Shown: in pieces, positions 55,193-64,000 of the stretch
Layout of the letters: the number at the start of each line of letters is the position of its first letter
How positions within the stretch are numbered: position 1 is the first letter of the stretch
Assembly (NCBI RefSeq): GCF_011745625.1
Contig: NW_027191497.1
Span: 1-64,000, forward strand
Length of the DNA stretch: 64,000 nt
Reading direction: 5' to 3'
DNA from: Cladosporium halotolerans
Lineage: Eukaryota
The notes under the pieces: generated by a model
Told to the model about the DNA's origin: nothing
What the model saw: only the letters and a program-made list of their open reading frames with translations
The model's database searches: none
Position numbers and translations under genes: made by a program

Positions 55193-55834
55193 ATGCCCGC
55201 CTACCACTCCATCTTCCTCGACGAGCCAAACCAGCAGCTGATTGGCAACTTTGCTCTACTTCCGCTGCGAACCCGCACAAGAGGGCCTGCTCAGACTCTT
55301 CCTGCCCTTCCGGCCGACATTTCCGAACTCGATGTCGACCCCTCCTCCGAATCCTACGACCCGCTCGACGAAGTGCTCTCCCTCTTCCGTGCCAATACCT
55401 TCTTCCGCAACTTCGAGATCAAAGGCCCCGCCGACCGCGTGCTTATCTATGGCATCCTGTTCGTAAGCGAGGCCCTGTCCAAGATCAGGCCTGGCATGTC
55501 ACGGAGAGAAGCGGAGAAGAGCGTCTTCAACGTCTCGCTGGACACAAACTTCGCCATTCCTGGCGACGCGGGGTTCCCTTTGAACCAAGCATATGAGCCC
55601 CCGAGGGACAGGAATGAGGCGGAGGCCTTGAGGCAGTACATCATGCAGATGAGGCAGGAGCTCGCGGTGAGGTTGTTGAACAGAGTGTACGCTGATCCAT
55701 CGGGGCAGCCGAGCAAGGTACGTGACCAAGATCAGCTGGTCCTCCAATTCGGTGTAATATAGGTCTTTCGCTAACTCGTGTGACAGTGGTGGCTTAGCTT
55801 CCAGAAGCGCAAGTTCATGGGCAAGCAATTGTAA
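55193..55834 (+). CDS. ARC18: Arp2/3 complex 21-kDa subunit (ARPC3), 2 exons
   Basis: MPAYHSIF, FRANTFFRNFEIKGPADRVLIY and PSK|WWLSFQKRKFMGKQL. Confidence 0.95.
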
Positions 55835-57133
55835 GCCTCAAGCGAGGTACTTAGGGCTGCTACGCAACGATGCAATGATAGAAAATGCGAATCAATAAAT
55901 GAGTCGCCATGTTTCAAAGACAAGACAGTGTTACGGCTACCGGTCTCTCCAAACCTAGATCGCTGATGAGCTTTGTCAATCGCTCCTACAGTTACTTGCA
56001 GTGGCAGACAGATGAACCTGCGTGCCGCGCATGCTCGGCGAGATCCAGACCTCTTGGCCAGCAATGACAGCGAGACTCGATCACACCGACGTAACGGCAG
56101 ATACATTGCATAACGGCAAATTGATTGCCTTGTTGTTACCGGTACCCTCCAGACGCCGTTTTCTCCAACAGGCTGCGTGATTAGCTAAATCAACATCAAC
56201 CGGCCTCGCCATGTGGTAGTGAGCCAAGCCTCGCTTACGCCAACAAGGTTTACAAACGGCCTCAATACCGAAGATACGATTGCCCTTTCGGTGAGGAGAT
56301 TCTGTGCTCCCGGTCATCGTTCTCTCTTTTGCGAAGCCGATACAGCTTGCTCCAAATTGGAAGTATCTTCCACTGAGCGTAATTTTCCGTTGCTCACGAT
56401 CTCGGCCGTGCCAAGCGTCTCCAGTAACATGTCAGATCGATAAGGTGTGTTGACTAAGGTGACTAGCGTCAAGCTGATCAATATGTGTCCTGAAGTCCCT
56501 CTTCTTCTTCTGAAATGCTCTACTTCGTACGCCCTTATCGTCGCCTGGCTGAACGTCCCGGTTATCCAGCTCCCTGTGTAAGATATGACGCCTGCGAGCC
56601 GAGGAAGAAGGTGACTGCATCTCGTGACCTCCCTCAGCCTCCACAACGTGAACGCCACGGCTGCAGACGCTCACCGGCCATCAAGCATCTCCACCAAGAT
56701 CGCAGGCTACACGATACATGGCTTTTAGTACACATGGGGTCTCCTTACTCATTTTTCCTCTCCACCCAGCCCAGAACATTTGCTTCGCTTGACAAAAGAC
56801 GTACCCATAAGATCTCCACTCTCTTACTAAACAAGTCTTGCCAAGCCTCCTTCTGGAATCCTTCGGGCTTCTAGCGCGGACGTCCTCTACCACAGCCACG
56901 CCACTCAGCCAATGCCGTATGACTTTGCATGTGTAGCCTCGCTTCCGACACGGGAGCACTCCCGTGGTGAGGCAGTGATCCGTGACACAGGTAGGCCGTG
57001 ATCTTGCTTCGCCTCGCGGAGCGCATGGCTCCGGCGGTAAGGTTCAGCTACTCTTTGTCTTCATATTGCTTGTGATGCGCTTCATTTCTTGACCTCACGT
57101 TACCAAAGCAGCTTTACATACTATCTGTACAAG

Positions 57134-59588
57134 ATGCCCAGTAGGTTATCAGCAATATTCGCGCGCTCGGACAAAGCAGAGGAAGCAAAGGCCGAAGCAG
57201 CAGCAGCAGAACGCAACAGTCCTCCATCAGACCCAGTCCCTGAGTACAGCGCCTCGCACCCGCCTCCCCCAGACTATGTCGCCGACGAAGAGAGCGTTGC
57301 TGCTCCACCGGATTACACGGCGGGTTTCACCAACTTGAACATCGCCGACGGACCTTCCCTGGACATTCCCAAGGTCAACGAGACGATAGCGCACCTTAAG
57401 CTCCTGGAATGTTTCTATCGTCTGAAACAGCGCATCGGATCCACCGACGGCCTGTTTGGAATCAACAACGACAAGATCGTGGATCTTGGTCGGAAGTCCG
57501 ACCTCTCGAACGGCGAGACCGCCAAAGACTTGCTCCCCAAAGTGGCCGAAAAGCGCTGGGCAGTCTACGTCGCGCGCGCCGTCGACCGTTTTCACGCATG
57601 GCTGTCCGTATACGCTCCCGCTGATAATTTGCCGACCATCGTCGAGTTCGACAGGGATGGCAGGCTGGGCTTGATCACCGAGCCTTCCTATGTCAAGCGA
57701 AGTGCGATACCCATCACGACAGCCAACATGCCGCCTGTTGACGTCGTAATGGTCTGGCATGCTTACATGCTTAACCCTAGAGCTTACCTCGAGGACTGCA
57801 TTCGGCTTGGTAGGATGGATCTTTGGAACATGAGGATGCCTTGGAACGCCATCGCAAGTTCCGTCGACGCTTCTACCTTTGCGTTCCAGCCAGGTCCGCT
57901 TGCGGAGGGTGCATTCACACGGTTGACTGGACGTTATGTGAGTACCGTCACAATTTTTTGATGTGCCTCATGAAAAGCTAATCGAATATTCGTGGTCCGC
58001 AGTGGGATAACCTCGTGGACGGAGACGTCAAGAAAGTCGAGTGCCCTAACTGCCAAAGTCAGTTGACAGCTTCCTGGACGACATGTTGCACTTTCGAGCC
58101 AGCTGAGGAGACTAATCGGAGTTTGACTGTCAACGTCGAAGCTATGCTAGCATCAGGCGCAGGCTTCTGCGATCGCAACTTCGCCACGACATGCTCAGGG
58201 TGCGAGACCCAGATCACACACAACACGCTGCGAGCCGGCAAATTCTGCTCAGACCTTAGACAGCTGCTGGCCAAACGCACACCGATGCCGGGAACCATCC
58301 TCGGCCTGAGAGGCATCCCAATCAAAGTTGGCACATCCAGCGACCCCAGCTGGAAGAAGGTGTTCTTCGTGGTGAACAATCTCCTATCGTACGGTCTCGG
58401 CCAGAAGATTTTGGACCAGCCGAACCTCAAGGGTGAAGGGTTGAACCAAAGCATGGCTCGTATCCGGGACATGATCAGCACCACCATCACGGACAGCAAG
58501 AAGTACATGAGGACAGTACGAGACAGCGCGAGCCACAAAATGACGCGACTTGAGAGCGTGGGTTTCCGCAAGATGATGAGCCGCTACTGGGAGAACTCGT
58601 CGCCGTTCGCCATCGATCTCGTCGGAGCTGTTGTCAGGCAGGGCACTTTCATCGAGAAAATGCACAGCATCGACTGGCTCCACTCCCCGGCCCTGCCAGC
58701 CACGATGGCGCGGCTGATCCTGAAGTACGAGCGCTTCGTGAAACTCATGGACATCCAGCCGGGCAAGATGGCTGTGCCGACACTCGACGTCGACCTAGCC
58801 TGGCACACGCACCAGCTGAACCCGCCAAGCTACCTCAAATACACCGTCAGCAAGTGCAGGCAGTTCGTAGACCACGATGACAAAGTGTCTGCGACGAAGC
58901 TAGATGATGCTTTTGCTTGGACGAGCAAGACGTACGAGAAGATGTTCGGCGACAAGTACTCCGAATGCACGTGCTGGTACTGCGAAGCCGTCCGCGAGAG
59001 CAACATGTCGTCCGCGACGCGCCTATTCTCGTCGAAGGGCAAAGAGAAGCTGCACGACGTCGAGCAGGATCCAAAAAAGTCTGTCCACATCTCCGCGCAC
59101 AACGCCGTCCACCCGTACGAGAGCAAGCAATACTCGGCGGACGCCCAAGCGCAAGCCGCAAAGCTCGAGGCGGCGTACGAGAAAGCTTGCGAGCGGGCGA
59201 AGAAGAAGGGAGGTAACCCGCCGAAGCGCGACGATTATTACTGGTCGACGGCGTATGGGTATCCAGTCTGGATTCCGGCGTACTCACCGTTCATATACGT
59301 TGGATACACTCCGGGGCTGTACGCCACGACGCCCTCTTGCATGGCTCTCCACCCTGGAGCAGGCGCGTGTGTTGCAGGAACGTGCTCGGGTACTGTTTCG
59401 GCTGGTGCTTGTGGTGCCGGTACGTGTGCTGGCGGTATCACTGGTGGTAAGTCTTGCGTTTCTTGCCGACGATTGGTGTGGCCTCACTAACTGTTCGTAC
59501 AGGGTGCTCAGGCGGACATTCTCTGGGAGGTGGAATGTCAAGCTGCGGTGGTGGAGGCGGCGGCTGTGGCGCTGGCGGAGGCAACTAG
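57134..59588 (+). CDS. Glycine-rich domain-containing protein (GRDP/DUF1399), 3 exons
   Basis: AHLKLLECF, RWAVYVARAVDRF, PPVDVVMVWHAYMLNP, VPTLDVDLAWHTHQL, C.CWYC and a C-terminal Cys/Gly-rich tail. Confidence 0.85.
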
Positions 59589-60387
59589 TATGTGTTTTCC
59601 TTCTCTCTCATCAACGGCCATAGACACGTGCCCGCTGGTTGTTTCATGTGACGATTGGTTAGCAGTCTAATGATACCCACGCTTGATCATGTGACAATAC
59701 CCATCTGATGTCTAGGCATATTATAATTTGTTTGTATTGAGTCTAAGCTTCATGCCTGTACAACATGGCCTGTTGCCTCTGATGCGGAAACATTGTTTGG
59801 GCCGTCAGCGTTGTGGTCGAGTGACCGTATACGTTGGCCGTGTACATTGCAGCACGGCTGCGTACACTCCAGACCAACGGTCCAATTATAGCCGGCGTGC
59901 CTGAATGACGAGGCTGTGATCGCCACTACCGCCTGGCTTGTGACACGCGATGGGTGACTTGGTGGACTGAACAACACATCGTCACCGATGATTCTGTGCT
60001 CTACCACTTTCCAAAGCAACCGGTCTGACGACCATCAAACCAGTCCTGAGGCAAAAAATCTGACTCTGCTGACCACTCACCTGCTCCGGTCGGTTTAACT
60101 TCGTCGTCCCTGCATTCCGTCGCTCTCCCTCCGCATCCGGCAGGGTCTCCGAGCATTCACCATTCATCGCCGAGTCTTACAATCCCGACCTTTACCTTTG
60201 CCACGCCCACAACGACACTTTTCTCTCCAGGAGGCCATCCTACCTCCTTCCGACAGCACACAAGCAGCGAAGCGAAACTTCCAACACCCTCGCCGCACAC
60301 GTAGCAGCCAGATACCCCGCCAGCCTCGCTTCCGACATCCCCCCACCCACCCCACCACCACCACCCTCAACCTCACAGACACCCAAG

Positions 60388-61086
60388 ATGGCGGAAAAGA
60401 TCCTGATGAACGAATTCAAAGCGCTGGCCAAGGAGTCCTGGACCAACATCTCGCTCGTGAACGAGAACATCTACGACTGGAGCGTGGCGCTCATGGTGCT
60501 CAACCCTGACTCGGCCTACTACGGCGGCTACTTCAAAGCGCGCATGGCCTTCCCGCACAACTACCCCTACCAGCCGCCCGACTTCCGCTTCGAGCGGCCC
60601 CTCTGGCACCCGAACGTCTACCCCGACGGCCGCCTGTGCATTTCCATCCTGCACCAGCCAGGCGAAGACGTGATGAGCGGCGAGTCGGCCGGCGAGCGCT
60701 GGAGCCCCGTGCAGCGCGTCGAGAGCGTGCTGATCAGCGTGCTGTCGCTGCTCGACGACGCGGAAGTCAGCTCGCCGGCAAACGTGGACGCGGGCGTGAT
60801 GCTGCGCAGCGACCCGGCCGCATATAAAGAGCGGGTGATGCAGGACCGCGAGCGCAGCAAGCAGGATATTCCCGCGGGTTTCGTGATGCCGACGCACGAG
60901 AGCGCGTTCAAGAAGGAGGAGCCGGTCGTGGATGAATTCAGCTGGTCGGATAGCGACGCGGAGAGTTTTGGCGCGAGCGACTCCGATGAAGAGATGTTCG
61001 ATGATGAGGATGAGGAGGTCGAGGCTGGCAGTGGTGCAGAGAGCGAGGGCGAGGAGGAGAAGGAGAAGGGTAAGGAGGCCCGATGA
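60388..61086 (+). CDS. CDC34: Ubiquitin-conjugating enzyme E2 with acidic tail (Cdc34-like)
   Basis: HPNVYPDGRLCISILH, the acidic loop insert typical of Cdc34/Ubc7, SPANVDA and a D/E-rich C-terminal tail. Confidence 0.8.
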   Translation: MAEKILMNEFKALAKESWTNISLVNENIYDWSVALMVLNPDSAYYGGYFKARMAFPHNYPYQPPDFRFERPLWHPNVYPDGRLCISILHQPGEDVMSGESAGERWSPVQRVESVLISVLSLLDDAEVSSPANVDAGVMLRSDPAAYKERVMQDRERSKQDIPAGFVMPTHESAFKKEEPVVDEFSWSDSDAESFGASDSDEEMFDDEDEEVEAGSGAESEGEEEKEKGKEAR

Positions 61087-61674
61087 GAGTGGAGGGCCTG
61101 CTGAGGTGAGGGTAGGCCTGCCTTGGCCTTCTCTGGAGCTCGAGACACGACCGAAACGACACACATCTTTTCCATTTTCTCTTCCTTGCTGCTTGCTTTA
61201 CTGGCTTTTTTGTTTTCAGCGCGGCGTCTGGCGAGCTAGCTCTCGAATGAGATTTCGCGAGGCATCTCGAAACATGATCTGGCGAGGGTGGAGGCTTATC
61301 GAGTTGCTTTCTCTTTGTTTTCATGTTCGCCTTTATAGCGCCTCAAATATACGCTATTGATATGATACGTCTCTACTTGTGAGCCGCATATGATTGACCA
61401 CCGGCATGCTCGACCATGTGGATATTCTCGCGATGACAATTCTCATAAGAAGATACCGTATGTGAGGAAGCCACCATTTCCCAGATGCTTTAGCGCTTTG
61501 AGAGTTTCGTTGAAGTGTCAGATACTGGCACATCCTCTCGCCCCTCGATTTCGGAGACTGATTTTGATGAAACACCTGCCGCGAGCTATAGCTCAGCTCG
61601 AAACTTAATTCTCCCCCAAACGCCAACGCAATATGCATGATATCAAACCCCACTAAACCAAAACCCTCTCCCAT

Positions 61675-62897
61675 TCATTTCTTCTTCCTCAAGCTCTGAC
61701 CCTCACCCTTGAAATGCTGCTTCTGCTCCGCCTCTGCCTGTGCCTGTGCATCCTTGTTTCGCAGCGGCTTGATCTCGTACCCGAAGAACAGCTTACCGGG
61801 CGGCAAGCGCAGCGGCTGGGGACCGTTGCGGTTCTTGATAGTCTTCGGTAGGGCACCGGCAGGGACCGAGACGCCTTGCTGCTGAACTGGAGTGGAAGCG
61901 CCGGGTGTCGAAGCAGGCGTTGCGGAACTCTTGCCTTTCTTCGCCACGAGGCGCTGGCCGCCACCGGAGAAGTTGGAGGACGCCTTCGCGTGCCCTACGG
62001 CTGCGGCGTTTGACGACGGCGCGATGGCGCTGTAGTTGATCGCTTGCGCCATGGAGCCCTCAGTGTGCAAGTGGCCGCCCTTGCCGGCCATGGTTGAGCC
62101 GATGCTGCGCGGCGTGCTGGTGCCACTGGCGGCGGTGCGGGAGGGTTCCTGGTAGCCGACGGGCGGCGCGAAGTCGACCTCCAGGTCGGTTTCTTGTACA
62201 CTGATGGCCTTTTTGTCACCTTGGGGCTTCACTTCCAGCACGGCGATTTCGTAGGTCGTGTCGTTGTAGAGGAAGGTGAAGACGTCGCCTTCGGTCAGGC
62301 AGGAGAAGTTGCGGAAAGCGGTCTCAAGTACGGCTTTCGGGTCGGAGATGTCGAGGAAATTCGTGTCTTGGGGTTGAAGCTTGATGAATTGTCCAGGAGG
62401 CAGATCGGTTGATTTTGTCTGGAGGAGGTCGCCGGGCTCGAGGAGGAGCGTTTGCATCAACTGTAACAATCAAGCCGTCAGCACTTGGTCCTGTACATCC
62501 TCGCAGCAGGGTTCATAGTCTTACCCAGAATGGTAAATAGCATCTTCCCTCCTCTGCTGTGAACTCCAAAACACCGGCATGTGTGCTCTTGCTCTTCGCT
62601 CCGTTGATGACCTCGAACAGCATGGGGTATGTAATGTGGAGCTGTGTGAGTTTGTCCAGTGCCGAGGCGGGCAGGAACATTTTACCGCCATGGTTGGCTT
62701 GCTCACGCTCGGGACCAGGCATCATGGCGACAGGGTAGCATCGGTAGTATTCGTCGAAGCGGCGAGGGCGCGCGCCACGCTGCAGCATGGCGCGTTGATA
62801 CATGCCCATCGGGTCGTCGTCGGGGTTGAAGTAGTAGGACTGGGAGAGGTGTTAGTATGATGTTGTCCTAGCTGTGTCTATTCGGAGACTGTACCAT
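61675..62897 (-). CDS. UFD1: Ubiquitin fusion degradation protein 1, 3 exons
   Basis: FDEYYRCYPV, GGKMFLPASALDKL, THAGVLEFTAEEG, DISDPKAVLE and F.GEGQSL. The first exon is ATG only (62895-62897). Confidence 0.95.
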
Positions 62898-63299
62898 GAT
62901 TGCGAATGTGAGGGTTTGTCGAGTCGGCCAAGGAGATCTGAAAGGATGTTTGGAAGTAGACTGGTTGCTTCACGGTGGTCGCAACTTCACGGTTGCCGCT
63001 CATGATGTAGCTGGCAAAGCTAAGCGCGATAAGGAGCTTATCTTAGCGTGAGGTCCGTGCCCTTCCAGAAGATCTGTACCTGAAGGATTCCACTTTATTT
63101 GACGGTGTCCATCAGCATTCACTTCGCTGGCGCGAGGAATCCTCTACGGCACACGGTGTGTAGAGTGAGCTCCGGGGCTGCCTCGAAAGCATGATGCGGT
63201 GTTGTGAGGGACTTTCAATCTGTTGACCTCCCCTTACATACGACTTCAACGTGGATTATCCAATGAACAATACTTATTGAAGATCACATTCCTATCCAC

Positions 63300-64000
63300 A
63301 TGGCTGGCAAAAGCAAGGCAAAGTCTCTGTCTAGTGGTCGACCACCGAACCTCACCAAGCCACGGGCCTCGCTCTCCTCCCAAGCAACCCGAACACTCAT
63401 CCGGTCTCACCATCAACTGAACAAGCAACTGGAAGCGGCCAAAGCCAAAGGCAAAGATGCCGAAGCCAGCGAGCTTGCAAAGAAAATCGAAGACCTCGGA
63501 GGACTGAAGAGCTACCAACAGGCAAGCATTCAAGGCCAATCGAATGATCGCGGTGGCGACTCCAGCGCCCTCCTCATGAAATGGCTGCAGCCGACATCTG
63601 CCGCCCTCTCCAAAACGGACCCTAAGCTCCGACTCCTTGAAGTCGGCGCACTGTCGACGACAAACATTTGCTCAAAATCAGGCCTCTTTGACGTCCAACG
63701 CATCGACCTCAATTCCCAAGCCGACGGCATCCTGCAGCAGGACTTCATGCAACGTCCGCTACCAGCCAGCCCTGCCGACACATTCGACATCATCTCGCTT
63801 TCCCTCGTGCTAAACTACGTCCCCGACGCCCCAGGGCGGGGCGAGATGCTCAAGCGCACCTGCCAATTTCTCGACACCCGTCGGCGCATCGACCGCGCCG
63901 CAGATGTGCAGGCCGTCTTCCCCGCGCTCTTCCTCGTCCTGCCGGCGCCTTGCATCGCGAACTCGCGGTACATGGACGAAGCGCGGCTGGGAGCCATCAT
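63300..64000 (+). CDS. BMT2: 25S rRNA adenine-N1 methyltransferase (5' part, runs off window)
   Basis: LGGLKSYQQASIQGQSNDRGGDSS, LRLLEVGALS, RIDLNSQ, QQDFM.RPLP and ISLSLVLNYVP. Confidence 0.9.
   Translation, partial: MAGKSKAKSLSSGRPPNLTKPRASLSSQATRTLIRSHHQLNKQLEAAKAKGKDAEASELAKKIEDLGGLKSYQQASIQGQSNDRGGDSSALLMKWLQPTSAALSKTDPKLRLLEVGALSTTNICSKSGLFDVQRIDLNSQADGILQQDFMQRPLPASPADTFDIISLSLVLNYVPDAPGRGEMLKRTCQFLDTRRRIDRAADVQAVFPALFLVLPAPCIANSRYMDEARLGAI

Overview
Gene-dense 64-kb segment of a filamentous ascomycete genome (spliceosomal GT-AG introns, Zn2Cys6 factors and RIP damage; Dothideomycete-like by inference). It opens with a RIP-mutated AT-rich block containing a RIP-killed ORF (1-1673). 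About 30 protein genes follow: an MFS transporter/Zn2Cys6 factor pair, a CBM1-CE16 esterase, xanA with two perfect UaY-type sites, a ferritin-like secreted protein, GNATs, a Vps62 protein with an inserted hevein domain, a TFIIIC-domain protein, sim3/NASP-DPB2, an SDR, zeta-COP, a PPR-like protein, a Zn2Cys6-DUF3425 factor, an amidase, an alkaline phosphatase, KIN17, ERF4, an Apple-domain protein, RFC3, ARC18, a GRDP, CDC34, UFD1 and a partial BMT2. The most notable observation is a two-gene head-to-head module present twice in inverted orientation (13.2-15.7 kb and 26.6-28.6 kb). It pairs a secreted M35/aspzincin-type metalloprotease that lacks the usual long prodomain with an uncharacterised ~190-aa protein that has no signal peptide. 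In one copy the protease is a pseudogene while the partner is intact, which suggests a protease-toxin/immunity (or trans-prodomain) system. A candidate structured, spliced non-coding RNA lies at ~32.9-33.8 kb. Exon boundaries were read by eye, and no database searches were run.
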